Positions 26,391-40,800 of a DNA stretch of 64,000 bases are shown one piece after another. Under the pieces are notes generated by a model. The model worked only from the letters and a program-made list of their open reading frames with translations. It was not told where the DNA came from and searched no databases. Origin of the DNA: Takakia lepidozioides (lineage: Eukaryota > Plantae > Bryophyta); the NCBI GenBank assembly GCA_030704615.1, contig CM060731.1, positions 89,094,001-89,158,000 of the forward strand, in the 5' to 3' direction. A program made the translations under genes and the position numbers. How positions within the stretch are numbered: position 1 is the stretch's first letter; the number at the start of each line of letters is the position of its first letter.

Positions 26391-27116
26391 TGTCGCGCAC
26401 CTCACTTCGGTAAACTCCCCTTCAAGTCATAGTTACTCGCTTTGATGCGCGCGCCTGACTCCCAACCTGGCCGCCGGGCCAACTTGGAGCTTCGGCTGCT
26501 CACCGGGACATAACGGTCCCCTTTCGCTTCCCTCTAGAACCCTCCACCTAATTGGGACTAGGAGAATTCCCTTTGGTAGATGGCAGTCCGGAACAGCTCC
26601 CCACTCTTTGGTCGCTTTCCGGCTCGCTCGCTTACTCACTAGTTTTTGGTCACCAACGGGCTTGCACCGTTCTCGGGGTTACTACTCCCTATATATACTT
26701 CTGTAGCTGTCCGCGGGGGTTTCACAACCAGCCATGCCATTTTATGGCGAACCACCACGAAGACCCTCGATTCCCGGTGGTGAGTCGCGGTGAGTCTTGG
26801 CCCGCTCACCACGGCCCCTATGGACCGTGATGAGTCCCAAGACTCCCCACGACTCCCACCACGAGGTCTCCGCCCCCATGGTGAGTCCTATGCCACCCCC
26901 ACTAAGTCCCACTAAGCTACCACCACCCCTTGTGGAGCCACCCCCACCGCAACCCGGTGTGCGGGGCTCCACCTAGTGAGCGCCTCCGCTTCCCTGAGTG
27001 CCTTGGGCACTCAAGGGTGCTTCAGCCCCCCATACCTATCGCTGCCGCTGCCCCCACCACAGGGGCAGCCCCTCATGTGTCCCGACCCCCTGCCCTCAAG
27101 GCAAAGGGCCGCGACA
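26391..27116 (-). repeat. 3' LTR of chromovirus
   Basis: tgtcgcgcac...gggccgcgaca, a direct repeat of 32639-33363. Confidence 0.95.
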
Positions 27117-28022
27117 CACACCCCTACCAACAGGGAGTCGATGTCCTCATCGACTTGTCCATTTTGTAGAAACGAACATCCAAGTTGTGGCGTCCCACAT
27201 CAAGGAGTTTGTTTCCGTACCATGGCGTCCCATGGCAAAGAACCAAACCCCACACTTGACTCTACTCTCCACTAGCTAGTTCGGCCGACTTCCTCCAAGT
27301 CCCGGCCAAGGGTGGAGCCTCTCCAGCTCCTCCCAGTGCACTCTTCTTGGCCTACTTCAAGGCCAAGGAACGATCCTCCCCGAGGATCGAATCGCCTTAC
27401 TGCAACAACATTGCTTGCGATCGCTCATGATGCCGCTTTTGGCATCACCTTGAGCAAGGGTTCACCTGGAACCCTCTTTGACTAGGAAGATAACCTTGAA
27501 CCAACCGTGCGCCCCAATCACTACAATTGGGTCCGCCTTGGAATGCTGGCCTGAGGTACGGGAACACGCCGAAGCCGCACTACGACTTCGTCCCGAGGCT
27601 ACACGATTATAGTACGTGAACGGAAGCACGTAGCTTCCGCGTTAGCCCGCACTACAAGGCAACCCCCTCGGTAGCGCAGTTATAGTACGCGCACGCGCCA
27701 GGTGCGCACTAGCACGTGAACTCCCAAAGAAGGCGCAAGTTTCCTTGCCCCTTGGATGGGAGTCACCCGATTTCGGCACTGCGCAAACACACGATTAACC
27801 CAATTTACCTCTCCCACTTTTGTAAGCTAGCATGCATTCTACACACTAGCCAACCACACCATGCATCACCATTCCAAACACAATAGGACGCACAATATTT
27901 GGAACCCATTTCCTTTATAACAAATTTTTGTACAATACAAGTTTTTGCAATCGGATTCCTGAGCTAGCTAAACCGGGCTAAGCATGCATTTCCTCCCCCA
28001 CGCTCCAAGGTTGATGTCCCCA

Positions 28023-31000
28023 TCAACGCTTCTTCCGCTTTTGAGGTCGCCCTTCGAAAGCTGCAACCGCCTCGGATGCGTTTCCCATTTCTGAGGCACG
28101 CACCCAAGATGCCTCCACATGATGATAGCCCTTCCATTTGACGAGATACTCCGTTTCTCGGTTCCTGAACCTCCTCGACTTAAGTATTGCCTCCACCTCG
28201 TACTCAGGTTCATTTTCATGATCCAACAGCATAGGTGGCGGACGCAACACTTGATGCCGATTCGGACGCGCTTCATCTTTGAAGTAAGGCTTCAAAAGGG
28301 AGACATGGAATACTGGGTGCACCTTGCTGTTTGCCGGCAGCTCCAATTCATACACATCCTCATTCATAACCTTCCGAATGCGAAAGGGTCCCGCATACGG
28401 AGGTACGAACTTCGGACTCACTTCCGGAGGTAGTCGGAAATTCTTGATGTTCAACCAGACCTCTGTGCCTGCCTCAAACTTCACTTCCCTCCGCTTCCGA
28501 TTCGCCTGCCTTTCATACCGTTTCCTAGCTTTGGCAATATTGTACTTTGCGAGCTTCAACAAACGCTCGCGTTCTTCCAGTACCGCCGCTACTGCCGGTT
28601 CCTCAACGTCCTGGGCGGCCCAACTTGTCGGCACCAGAGGTGCTTTTCCATAGACCAACACGAAAGGGGAAACTCCCGTTGCGGAGTGTTCTGTGTTATT
28701 ATAACAGAACTCTGCCGCGTCTAAGTGTTCCATCCAGTCTGATTGGTCTGCCGACACGTAATTCCGCAAGAATTGCTTCACTACGGAATTCACTCTTTCC
28801 GTTTGGCCGTCCGTCGTAGGTCGGAAGGCGGTGCTCATCTTCAGCCTCGTCCCCATCTTCTTCCAAAGTGCTCTCCAGAATTTACTCGTAAACTTTGGAT
28901 CGCGGTCCGAGACAATATCCTTCGGGACTCCATGATGCTTTAAGACGTGGGCGAAGTAAAGTCGCCCTGTCTCCTGCGCCGTTGCCGTCTCCTTGGTGGG
29001 GATGAAATGGCCCATTTTACTGAACCTATCCACCACCACCATGATTGCATCGAATCCTTTTGACAGCGGCATAGCAGTCATGAAATCCATCGAGACGCTT
29101 TCCCAAGTCCCCTCTGGAATCGGCAAGGGTTGTAACAGCCCCGCTTGCTTTTTGTACTCGCTCCGGTTTTGTTGGCATGTGGTGCATGTCTTGACATACT
29201 CCTCTGCCTCCTCCCTCAGTTTGGGCCAGAAATACTCTTTCTTCAAGAGTGCCGCAGTGCGCTTGGCTCCGCCGTGGCCCGCAAGCGGGCTATCATGGCA
29301 TTCTCTCAAGAGACTATCCTGATCCCTCCCTTCGGCACGTAGAGACGCTTTTGCTTATACCGGAGCAGTCCATTTTGCAAGTGGAACTGCGATTTAACCC
29401 CCATCCTCAAGTCCTGCATCACGGACTTCGCCAGCTCATCCTTCCGGCAAGCCTTCCGGATCTTCCTTTGGAGCGCCGTCTCGCCCTTGTACACCAACAA
29501 GAGCTGCTGCTTTCTACTTAAAGCATCGGCCACCACATTGTCCCGTCCCGGTTTGTACTGGATATCCACGTCGAACACTGCCAAAGTATCTTGCCACCTA
29601 AGTTGTTTTGGGGACAACTTGGGCTGCGTGGCAAAATACTTCACCGTGACATTGTCCGTGAACACCTTCACTGGGTTGGAACCAACATAGTGGCGCCAGA
29701 GCTCAAGGCAATGCACCACCGCCTTCATCTCTTTTTCGTGCGTCGGCCACCGTCGCTCCACTTCATTCAGTTTCTTACTTTCGTAAGCCACTGGACGTCC
29801 ATCTTGCATAAGTACACCCCCAATCGCGAAGTCCGACGCATCTGTATGAATCTCAAACGGACGATCGAACTCCGGGATTTTCAAGACTGGAGCTTCCGCC
29901 ATCCGCTGCTTCAATTCAGCAAAAGCTTGGCCACAAAATGTGTTCCATACCCAGACTTTGGATTTACACAGAAGGTCCGACAGCGGCCCCGCGATCTTGG
30001 CGAAATTTCTCACATACTTCCGGTAATAGGAGGCGAGTCCTAGGAAGGATCGCACTCCCGGGACCGAAGTCGGAGGCTCCCAGTCCAAGATCGCCCTCAC
30101 CTTTCTGTCATCCATTTTGATCCCATCCTGTGTAATCACATGCCCCAAGAACTCCACTTTTGTGACCCCGAATTCGCACTTTGAAGCTTTGGCATACAGC
30201 TTCCCTTCTCGCAATTTTTGGAACACCCTTTTGAGGTGCTCCAGGTGCTCCTCCTTTGTTTTCGAGTACACCAAGATGTCGTCGATGTACACGATCACAA
30301 AGTCATCCAACCACTCCTGGAAAAGGCTGTTCATCAGCGTGCTAAATGTCGCTGGTGCATTGGTGAGCCCAAAAGGCATCACCAAGAACTCATATGAACC
30401 ATACCTTGTCCTGCACGCGGTCTTCTCCTCATCTCCTTCCGCCACCCGAATTTGGTGATAGCCGGAGCGCAAGTCGATCCGGCTGAAATACTTCGCTCCT
30501 GCCAACCGATCGAAGAGGTCGTCGATCCTTGGCAAAGGGTACCGGTTTTTGATAGTCACCTTATTCAGAGCCCTGTAATCGACACACATCCGCAGCGTCC
30601 CATCCTTCTTGTCTGCAAATAGCACCGGGGCTCCGTAAGGTGACTTACTCGGCCGGATGTACCCCTTTGACATTAGATCCTTGAGCTGAGTCTTCAGCTC
30701 GACCAACTCTCTGTGGCTCAACCGGTAGGGCGCCTTGGCAGGCGGTTCCGATCCCGGTATCACCTCAATCTTGTGGTCAACTCCTCTTCGCGGTGGCAAG
30801 CCGCTTGGTAAATCCTCCGGCATCACATCCTGGTATTTCTCCAAAATCCCCTTGATCCAATCTGGGCTCGGCTCCCCATCGCCTTCTCCCTTCACTTCTC
30901 TAATGTAAAGCAAAAACTGGGGCTCGTGTGCCTCCTCCACGGCCCACTCCCTTGCTGACAGAAGGTTTATTCGCCCTCCCACGGATTTGGGCGTTTCCGA

Positions 31001-31360
31001 CACTCGTAAGACCTCGCCACCATTCCCACATGGCAGCGTGACTACTCTCTTGCGGCCATCTATGACCGCTCCGGATTTGCTCAAAAAGGTCATCCCCAAA
31101 ATGAGATCCACTCCATCGATCTCGCAGATGGTGAAGTTCTCACGTCCCTCCCAACTCCCCAGTTGAAGAGGAACATCAATCGCCAACCTTGTCGCCAACT
31201 GTGGTTCTCCTTTGGCAGAACGCACCTCAATAGAGGCCCCCACGTCACTTGTCGGGAGTCCCAGCTTTTGTGCCGTTGCCGGTGTCATGAAGGAGTGCGA
31301 CGCTCCTGTGTCCACCAACAACGACACATTAGTTCCGGATATTATCCCATCCACGAACAA
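28023..31360 (-). CDS. pol: Chromovirus pol (PR, RT, RNase H, integrase, chromodomain) with one frameshift near 29310
   Basis: [11 protein letters not shown]; [13 protein letters not shown]; TDASDFAIG; [12 protein letters not shown]; [16 protein letters not shown]; GPF; chromodomain [10 protein letters not shown]...YLVKWKGY...SW. Confidence 0.95.
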
Positions 31361-32583
31361 TAACTGACTCCCTTTTGTAAGGCGCCAGTTTCCTGATACA
31401 ACTCACAAGAAAATTTGCCTACCTTGCAAGTCCTGGCGACCACCGCTTCCACCAAGCGACTGATGGTATCTTCCGACAGCTCCGTGGTCGCCCGAGTCAT
31501 GTTCAATTGTCGGGGCTTCGTGCACTTCTTGGCCATGTGCCCGGGCTCCCCGCAATTGAAACACACTCCATCAAAGGTCGCCTTCTGTCCGCCATAAGCC
31601 GCTCCACCCGCTTTTCCTTTCGGAGCACCGGGTGCCGCCTTGACGTGTGAAGGCCCTCCCTTCAATTTCCACGTGCCAATGTCGCCGCGTGGCCTATCCC
31701 ACTTCTTTTCCGGTCGGAAGGAGTCACCTTCCCGCCGAATCTTCTTGTGGTTCAGCTCCGTACGGCCTTGTCTTTCACCCCTAGGGACATCCGAGAAACA
31801 TTCAGCCCTCTCAATTGCCTCGTTCAAAGTCTTGGGTGGCTTCTCCTCCAACTTCCGCCTGGCCCATGGGGCCAGTCCCGCCACAAAGTTGAAGACCATT
31901 TCTGGTTCTGCCATGTCCGCGACTTCGAGCAACAGCACATTGAAAGCCTGGACATACCCCCGAATGTCATCTGTTTGCTTCAAATTCCTCATCTTGTCCC
32001 GGGCAAGCCAGGACGCGTTGAGGGGCACAAACTGTCTCTTCAACAATTCCTTGAACCCACTCCAGTTCAAGGTTTCCGGACTTGGACCTCGGTCGTGAAG
32101 GCGTTTCTGCCACCATTGTTGAGCATAGCCCCTCAAATAGGTGGGAGCCACTTCCACGCGATCCTCGTCACTCAACTTGGCCGCCCGGAAGTACTGCTCC
32201 AGCTCCAAGAGCCAGGTGTTGAGTGCCTTCCGATTTCGGACGCCCTCAAAGGTGTCGGGTTCCTTAGGCTTCACCTTAAACTTTGCCTTAGTGGAAGTGG
32301 CATTAGCCGCCTTCAACACGTCTTTCAACGTCCCGCCAAACTGCGCCAACAACCCTTCCCAAAAGGCTGCCGGCATGGGAGGCATCTCTTGGTTTGTCGG
32401 AGCTCTCAAGGATTCCTCGGGCTCCGACTCCTCGGATTCCTCTCGCTCTTGGGCGGCCTCGTTTTTGGAAACATGCATCGCTTCCTCAAACGGCCGCCTC
32501 GGTGACACGCCGCCCCCATCGGGCTCACCGGGATCATCATTATTTGGGCCGTTCCGCTTTCGCTTCGGCTTGCCCGACCCCAT
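31342..32583 (-). CDS. gag: Chromovirus gag
   Basis: [10 protein letters not shown]...WLLELEQYF retrotransposon gag; zinc knuckle [14 protein letters not shown]. Confidence 0.93.
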   Translation of the reverse strand: MGSGKPKRKRNGPNNDDPGEPDGGGVSPRRPFEEAMHVSKNEAAQEREESEESEPEESLRAPTNQEMPPMPAAFWEGLLAQFGGTLKDVLKAANATSTKAKFKVKPKEPDTFEGVRNRKALNTWLLELEQYFRAAKLSDEDRVEVAPTYLRGYAQQWWQKRLHDRGPSPETLNWSGFKELLKRQFVPLNASWLARDKMRNLKQTDDIRGYVQAFNVLLLEVADMAEPEMVFNFVAGLAPWARRKLEEKPPKTLNEAIERAECFSDVPRGERQGRTELNHKKIRREGDSFRPEKKWDRPRGDIGTWKLKGGPSHVKAAPGAPKGKAGGAAYGGQKATFDGVCFNCGEPGHMAKKCTKPRQLNMTRATTELSEDTISRLVEAVVARTCKVGKFSCELYQETGALQKGVSYCSWMG

Positions 32584-32624
32584 GATGAGGCCAGTCCCAA
32601 GGACGATCGCGTACTGAACTCTAA

Positions 32625-32636
32625 GCTCTGATACCA
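32625..32636 (-). promoter_or_regulatory. Primer-binding site for initiator tRNA-Met
   Basis: TGGTATCAGAGC on the minus strand, 2 nt from the 5' LTR. Confidence 0.95.
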
Positions 32637-32638
32637 AG

Positions 32639-33363
32639 TGTCGCGCACCTCAATTCGGTAAACTCCCCTTCAAGTCATAGTTATTCGCTTTGATGCGCGC
32701 GCCTGACTCCCAACCTGGCCGCCGGGCCAACTTGGAGCTTCGGCTGCTCACCGGGACATAACGGTCCCCTTTCGCTTCCCTCTAGAACCCTCCACCTAAT
32801 TGGGACTAGGAGAATTCCCTTTGGTAGATGGCAGTCCGGAACAGCTCCACACTCTTTGGTCGCTTTCCGGCTCGCTCGCTTACTCACTAGTTTTTGGTCA
32901 CCAACGGGCTTGCACCGTTCTCGGGGTTACTACTCCCTATATATACTTCTGTAGCTGTCCGCGGGGTTTCACAACTAGCCATGCCATTTTATGGCGAACC
33001 ACCACGAAGACCCTCGATTCCCGGTGGTGAGTCGCGGTGAGTCTTGGCCCGCTCACCACGGCCCCTATGGACCGTGATGAGTCCCAAGACTCCCCACGAC
33101 TCCCACCACGAGGTCTCCGCCCCCATGGTGAGTCCTATGCCACCCCCACTAAGTCCCACTAAGCTACCACCACCCCTTGTGGAGCCACCCCCACCGCAAC
33201 CCGGTGTGCGGGGCTCCACCTAGTGAGCGCCTCTGCTTCCCTGAGTGCCTCGGGCACTCAAGGGTGCCTCAGCCCCCCATACCTATCGCTGCCGCTGCCC
33301 CCACCACAGGGGCAGCCCCTCATGTGTCCCGACCCCCTGCCCTCAAGGCAAAGGGCCGCGACA
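32639..33363 (-). repeat. 5' LTR of chromovirus
   Basis: Direct repeat of 26391-27116. Confidence 0.95.
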
Positions 33364-34576
33364 CCTGGGGTTGTCTTGTTAGACAACCAGGATGACATTT
33401 TCTGTTTGAGTGCACCGGCAGGCAAGAGGTACCGGCCACTGTGGGTCTTGTTGGACTCGGGAGCTCAGCCACTGATGTTGGGAAAATCTACTATTGCAGG
33501 CTTGGCCTCACGGAGGCGGATATGGAGCCATCTTTTCCAGATACAGACATCTCTTGGAGGATCAAAGCAAGCTCGGGGCATGACACGGCATGGCTATCAA
33601 ACTACAGCCGGATCACCCTACAGATGGCTCAGTGATGCGAGCCAAGGCCATTATGACGGATGCGGTCTCGTACGATGTCCTTGTTGGTGGGGCAGTGTTG
33701 TACCCCATGGGCTTCACCCTGGATTTTTGGGAGGAGTCAGCCTCCTATAGGCCTGGATGACAGTCAGGGGAGGGCCGACATGCTGTTGGAGGGCAATGCC
33801 CATAGAGAGGATGTGCCACCTCTAGCAGAATAGGATGACATGTCTGGTATGGCGGAGTTGCCTGCCATGGTTGCTCACACTCCATTGTAGGGCACGAGCA
33901 AGGATTTGCAGCGGGTTGCTGATTGGCGGGTGCAACAAGCTTGGGTAGAGGCTCTTGTACCATTAGGAGAGGAGGAGAGTGCAGGGATTGCACCAGGACC
34001 ACCTCAGTTGTAACCATTAGACACCACACCTATCGTGTGGCAGTATCGGGATGACGGCATTTGCCTTCTGGACTTGTTTGGCGAGATCAGCACCGGATTG
34101 GTTGCTGTGTTGTAGGCAGATGTACAGATGAAGAGATACCTATATGTGGAGAGGGATGAGACTGCACGATGCGTCTCACTACGCCAGGTTGCTCAATTAG
34201 TACAGTAGTACTCTGAGCTATTGCCGGTGTCTGTAGTTCGTGGATACCATCAGACATTTTCTTGTTGGGGACGCAAGATTTGGAACAGGTTGGCTCCATT
34301 CACTTGGTAGTGGCAGGTTGGCCCTGCCAAGGGCATTTATTAGCCGGGCATGGCAATGGATTGCGAGACTCGAGGTCGAGTCTGTTTTGGGAGATGGTGC
34401 GGATTTTGCGACACTTACATTGTCATCAAGTTGTATCTCCAGCATAAATCTTGGAAAATGTGCCACTGATGGGTGATACTCGGGCCAAGGTGATGGCCAG
34501 TGTGCATCAAGTCCGGTCGTGGCTTGGGTCAGCAGTGTTGTTGGATACAGCTGCAGTGGGGTCATGGGTTCATCGT
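33364..34576 (+). pseudogene. DNMT-gypsy copy C, continued: protease and DNMT motifs I-VIII
   Basis: VLLDSGAQP; CLLDLFGEISTG; LVVAGWPCQGH. Cut off by the CACTA insertion within motif VIII. Confidence 0.85.
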
Positions 34577-35940
34577 CACTAGAAGCATTCGTGTCTTTTT
34601 CGATTCGACTGCATATCCGCGACCACTCCGGGAACCACTTGGTAGTAAACGGGACTACTGGAGAGTCGAAACAGACAATGTGGGCCCACGGGGGCATTTC
34701 AGACGGCGGACAGAAGTGGGGTCAACGACTCCGGAGTCGTAGCAGAATTCCAGGCTATTTTACGAATTGCGTAAATACATAAAATTTGAAAAAGCCAAAA
34801 TTACAAGTGGTTGTAATTATTGCACATGCGACTACAAATTTTCTTTCCTAATTCGATTAATGGAATAAAGATATTTATTCATTAAAGTGAATATGTAGTC
34901 GACTCAACGACTCCATGAACCACTGCGCATTCATTGCACCCATGACTCGGCAGCACATTTGCTGATGTGGCTTTCACAAAAAGAGGTAAACAAAATGTGG
35001 CCTTGGGGGAATAGATATTTTAATACGTGCTGCCTCCACCTGGCAGAGACAAGGATGCAAGTGCTGCGTCGGACATGGCGGGACGTGGGAATGGAAATCC
35101 TGACACGGCAAGGCCTTCGTATACTGTGAGCGCGCGTAGTGGCTTCTCAGAACGGTGTGACATCGGGGTCTTGGTCATTCATCATTTACAGAATGTGCTG
35201 GATGGAGGCACGATGGAGCGCGCATACGGGCATGCCCTTCTAGCATCAATTCCCAAGTATCCACGCAAGGTGAGGCTGCTGAATTGGGTTTTTGCCCGTC
35301 TAGTTTTCTGACAGCATGCTCGAAACGTTCATAGTGCCATTGAGTGGCATCGCAATAATTTGATGTGTAGCTGCTTTTCCATTTCACAAGTTATGCAGAA
35401 GGCGTCACAGAAGAAGATCACAAAGACGTCAAGGCTGAAGAATATGCCCTTTGGTTGTGAACTACAATCATATCATGCCAAACCCCATTTTGCCCACGCA
35501 GATGAGGGAGACATTCTGCATTTGCGAGTGGGACTTAATTCCTCTAAACCCAGCTTGAAGGCAGTTGTGACACCAGAGAAACTGGAAACTACCTCCAAGA
35601 AAGTTGAAACTCGCAAGATAGTCATGTATTTGTCTCATTATCTCCAACTGGAATTCCGAGTTATCATCCGACCCTTTACATGTGCGCTGGAATGGAGTAT
35701 AATTCTGGTTTAGGCAGTTATTGCCACCAGACGTTCGCTTCTCCAATTTTTACATTTAAGGATGTGTCTGTGTTTATGGCACTCTTTCTCCCAAGGAGGC
35801 CTGAGTACCCCCCTGTACTTGCAAGAATTTGATGTGTAGCTACTTTTCCCTTTCATAAATTATGAAGAAGCAGTCACAGAAGAAGATCGCAAAGAGGTCA
35901 AGGCTGAAAGCGTTCATTAAGGTTGTGAACTACAATCATA

Positions 35941-36105
35941 TCATGCCAAACCAGCGGCGGCAGATGCTTCATGTCTTTTGTGGTGAAGGAGATGTGTGCG
36001 CACACCGTCCTCAGATCTACTTGTAGTGCCCAAACAACGTTCACATGGGCATGGCATCCTTGAAAGCCCAAGGGCTCGGGCACGTGCCACTTCTCTTTCC
36101 CAAAC
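35941..36105 (-). pseudogene. Transposase-associated (CPC..C...HL) domain exon
   Basis: Frame not in the ORF track: WEREVARARALGLSRMPCPCERCLGTTSRSEDGVRTHLLHH*, resembling the CACTA Transpos_assoc motif. Confidence 0.45.
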
Positions 36106-37889
36106 CTGTCATCTCGGGTGTTCTGTCTACAAGGGTGATTAATTGGAAGTCCTCCGCATGGGCGAGGGGAACTCATTTTTGTTGGGGAGCCTCTTCAATG
36201 CTGTTTGTGCACGCCGTTGCAGGGGGCCGGATTCTCCTTTGCAGAGATTCCTCAATTTGGCTCTGCCACTCCCATTTCATTACCGTCAATTCCCTCCTCC
36301 TGCAATCTCAATTTGAAAGGTTCAGCCGCACATCCTTTGGCAGAGAAGACAGTTGACATTTTATACCAACCGGTAGATTCCACAACATGATGAAAAGTTA
36401 CACTCAACAGCAAACCATTTAAAAGCCATCACGATGCTTCCCATCATAACTAGAATCTTTTCAACAAGACACTGAGAGAAATGACCAAAATCGACTCAAA
36501 CAACGACATCCTGGAAAACGACCTGTCTCTACAGTTCGTGTGTGTGTGAGGAATTAGAGGACGTACGTGGAATTTCAATTTTCACGATTGACGACGTTGT
36601 GATCTTGGGCATATGGTTGAATGTGTATGAAATGTGTGCATTGAAGTGTGAACAACCTGACTACAAGGCCAGAACCTGCGCCACTTGTCTTAGGCCATCT
36701 CCAAATCACGTTTCGGCGGACAATCCCGTTCCGTTGCCGTGAAATTGCACCGTGGCGGGAAGGGAGTCCATTTGTGTGGCTCTATCACCATGGCGGGAAG
36801 GGGAGCATGTTAAAAATGGAGCATCGCCCTGCCACTTCACTCATTTGCTGTTTGCAGCTTCTTCCACCATCTTTCTTACTTAATTCTGATTCTTGCAATG
36901 CTGCCCTTGAGACGGCAACTTCAAGTGACCGGATCCTTTGATCGTCGCATTCAAAGACACTTACGTGTAGCAGATCGCAGACCCCCAAATGCCTGGAGAG
37001 AAAGCCAGAGGGCAGTCAATGCATGCACGGTTGTTTTGCACTGGTTGGGACGGAGTGGGGTGCAGAGGAGGCTTGCTGTGCCCGAGTTCGCATGCCTAGC
37101 ATCCTGCAGCCGGCGGCTTTTGCACGTTGGGCAGCAGTGCCCTCTGCTGTATGATTACCATTTGTGGTACAGACTCACCGGCATCCCCTGTCCACTTGGG
37201 TCTTGGGATAGCGACTTATGGAGTATGTAGACAGAGTTGCATGTCGTGCAGGTACACCAAAATCTCCCATATAACATAAACCCATAAACTCATTCATGCT
37301 TGCATGTGATCCACGGGGTAATTTCCATGTACTCCCAGCTGATGTGGGTTCGCAAATTCTCGGTGTGTAGGTGTGTGTGTGAGGACCTCAACTTGGCATG
37401 GTGCGATGGGTGTCGAATGGACCCTTCTCTGCGATGGGAGAACCACTACAGTTGAGTTTGTTTTTGCTGAATCATTTGGCAGAGCACTGTGTTCACTTCT
37501 CACACATCATGCGCATTTTCTCCAAGAATGCATGTAAAGCGGAGCCATACACGGCATCATTGCAGTGTGTTTCCTTCGCCTAATTTTGAACGAAAAAAAG
37601 TTAACGGATCCATGTCAGTTGTGTGAATCACTACATCTAGTTGTCTGGAGGATTGTAAGTGGTTTAGGGTTTAACGTCTCAAAGTCGAAAAGGCCATAGT
37701 GTCGGATGCACGACACGTGTTCATATTTGAAATCAACAACGGCCAGATCTTCACTACAGATCGGGGGGGTGTGTGATCACACTCCCCTCCTTGTCCTTCT
37801 TTCCTCCTTTGCATGTCTTGGTCTTCATCGCTCGTCTTTGTCTTGGTCATGGTCTATGTCCTCGCTCGTCTTCATCTTTGTCATGGTCT

Positions 37890-40800
37890 ATGTCCACGCC
37901 TAGTAAGAAGCGCTCGACCGCCGAGGCAGCATCACCTCCTCCCACTTCTGCACATTCCAGCCCCGCGGTGCGAAGGAGCCCCCGCTTGGCTCGACTGAAT
38001 CCGGTACAGATGGCGTCGATGCGAGAGGGAAGGCAGAGCGGTGGGCGTTCTTCGAGTTCGGATTTTGACACAAGCGAGTATAGCATGGGCGACGACGATG
38101 AGGTGGAGGACAGTTCGGAGGAAATTGCACCTCCATCTGCAGAGTCTCTCCAAAAGGTGCGCAAACGGCACAAAACCGCTGCGCATGAGGTGAGTTCTAC
38201 CCCTACTTGTGTTCTTGTTTTCTGGGCGTTGAGTTCTCCTGAAATTGAAACTGGGATGCACATATCCACAAAGTTGTTCAAACGGATGTCGTAGTATACA
38301 TGGCAGTAGAAGAAGAAGTGTTCTTCAGTTTCAATTTCCTTGCTGTGCCCTATGCAAGCTGGACATAGGCGGTCCTCCCGTTGCAGGTTTTCCCATCTGC
38401 CAGTCTCTATCCGTAGGTTGTGGGAACCCACCTTGAACCGCCCCAATGCCCTCAAGAGGGAAGGAGGTAAGGGTGCTGAAAGGTAATTTGGTCTGAAGAT
38501 TCTATCATCGCGGAGCACCAAGAATGTCTCTTGATAGAAGTGGAGCTTTGTTATGAGATTGGGTAGCATCCAAGTTCTCTTGACATGTAATTCCATAAGC
38601 TCTCTCTGAATGAGTCTGTTGCGGTCATGTCTGGATGTGATGTCCACCTCATGTGGGTTCATTGGTAATAGGAAAGCAGTAGAAAGTCCGTTACGTTTCA
38701 ATAAACTGTCCACTCGAGCATACCAAGAGTTCCCGAAACCTGCAGCTTTGAGCCTCATAGATGTTGTGAGGGCCCTTGCCACTAGCCCTTTGGGTGGAAG
38801 GGCCTGCAATCTATGGAGAAAGATTGTAAGCCTGAACTGTGGCTCGGATTGCAATGGTACACATGCGAACTCTGCACCTAGGATCTGAGATGGAGTTGTG
38901 CTCCTGGCGCCAAGCATTGCTTGGAGAAAAGATGACTGTAATGGTTCCAAATTCTTTTCCCACCAGGAGACAGGGACACCAGGTGCCCAGAACTCACAAC
39001 CATTGATGGTAGCAGGGCTGACGACGGTGTCAAACAACCACTTTTTGGTCGGGGGATGCTGCAGATGTATTTGCTTGCATTTGGCGTGAAGGCGGACGGA
39101 GGCCGCCTTACCTTTAGTCAATCTGTCCAAGGCAGTGGCTGCAAAGTGAAACTTGGGGGAGTGGATAACCAGACCTAGGTACCGGTATGATTTGACAATC
39201 TCAATTTCCTGCTGGTTGAAGATGAATCTACGATCAGCCTGGCCATTGAAGACCACGATCTTGGTCTTGCTAAGATTGACATGCATCCCATAGTCTTTGC
39301 AGAACTGTTCCAAAATTTTGATATGGCGTTGCAGAAAGACCGGGGATTGTGCCAAAAGGGCAACATCATCAGCGTAGAGGAGATCTGATTGGGCAGAAAA
39401 TGAAGTTAGGCAGAAAACATCCCTGAACATGTTTTCAATTTGAGTCATGGGGGAGGACATCGTGGAAAAACCTTTAGGTCTACCACTGTGTGCAGAGGGA
39501 CTAGTTTTTAGGTCAAGGAAATGTTGCTTTGTCACGTCATTGCACCTGCGTTGGAGTACGCATTTGCTATATGTGTTGATAACTCCAACGAGGCTAGGTC
39601 TGCAATATCCTTTCAATTGAATTGTGTCTGCACCTGCGTTTACCAACATTGAGAGTCTTTAGGCCTTTTGGGGCTCCGTTGCTGGGCTCCGCCATACAGC
39701 CATTTGCTGATTGTGTGAATAGATGTCCACTGGATATGTGCAAAACCCGGATGGATGTTCTGTTTCCTGGTAAGTTTCATGTGGTACTGATGTGAACCGG
39801 CCCACATTCTGTTTCTTCACCAATGAATGGGCTTACATGTTATGAGGACATTATGTCCCTCTCCTTTTCAGTTTTTGGCACTTGCGCTGCAGGGGAGTGG
39901 GTTTGAGGTCAGCCAATCCATAGTTGTGGTTGTGGGATGGTTTGTGCTCTGGTGACGTTGTGTTCAGTAGGACTACAGCTGATGTACCTTGTGTGTGGGA
40001 TGTTTTTGGCAGCGGAAGGGGAGTGAAGCTGCAGCAAAGCACTCACAGCCACCACACAATGCCAACCAACACCAACCTTGGCACCCACCCCCTGCCGGAT
40101 GGTCTCCACAACAGAGTGCACCATGGGGAGCCCCCCCTGCTTCGGGGTCCTGGCGCTGGCTTCCTGATGTTGCCATGTCACAATGGGGGCCTCCCACATC
40201 TCCATATGGCCCTCCCCCCTCCGGCACACATCAGTCACCCCCCACAACGTATGACGGCACTGCTCCAGAGCATGGGGGTAGGAAACGGACATCAGAGCTG
40301 AGGAAGGAACGACGTCATGCCATGAAACAATGGGAAGGAGATGGAGAGGGAAGGGTGGCTGCAGAGCTAAAGCGCCACAAGGTGGAGGTGCATGGAAATG
40401 GAGTCATCAATGTTGGCTGCGAAGGTAAGGAACACTGGCAGCGTGATTTGCGTGGCCTGGCATTGCGTTACCTTGACTCAAGCGTACAAGACATTGACCA
40501 GCAGTTCCAGAGTGCCATGTCAACAGTAATAGAGGGCATAAATGGAATGTATGAGTACACACCTATCCCTGCTAATCGTGATTTTATAGTGAAGCAATGT
40601 GGGAAGATAATGAAAGGAGAAAGAGCAAAACTGAAAGATAAATGGGCGAAGACTGGTGTGAGGCCAATGAACACTGAACCCGCCTATTGGAATAAGCTTG
40701 TTGCCTACTGGGAGTCCCCTCGTGGACTTGCAAAGGCTGAAGGGATGAAGCAAGCGCGTGCTTGTGTCACGAACCCCTCGCGTTGGGGCCGGGCAGGAGT

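Larger units (their letters stand above)
26391..33363 (-). mobile_element. Full-length Ty3/gypsy chromovirus
   Basis: Two ~725-bp TG...CA LTRs, ~99% identical by eye. TSD tctgg/cctgg, PBS, and gag-PR-RT-RH-IN-chromodomain. Confidence 0.97.

Noticed and set aside
37847-39649. 600-aa ORF as a single gene
   Set aside because: Chimeric: only the central part is LINE RT; the ends are chance read-through into flanking sequence and the antisense of a CACTA exon.
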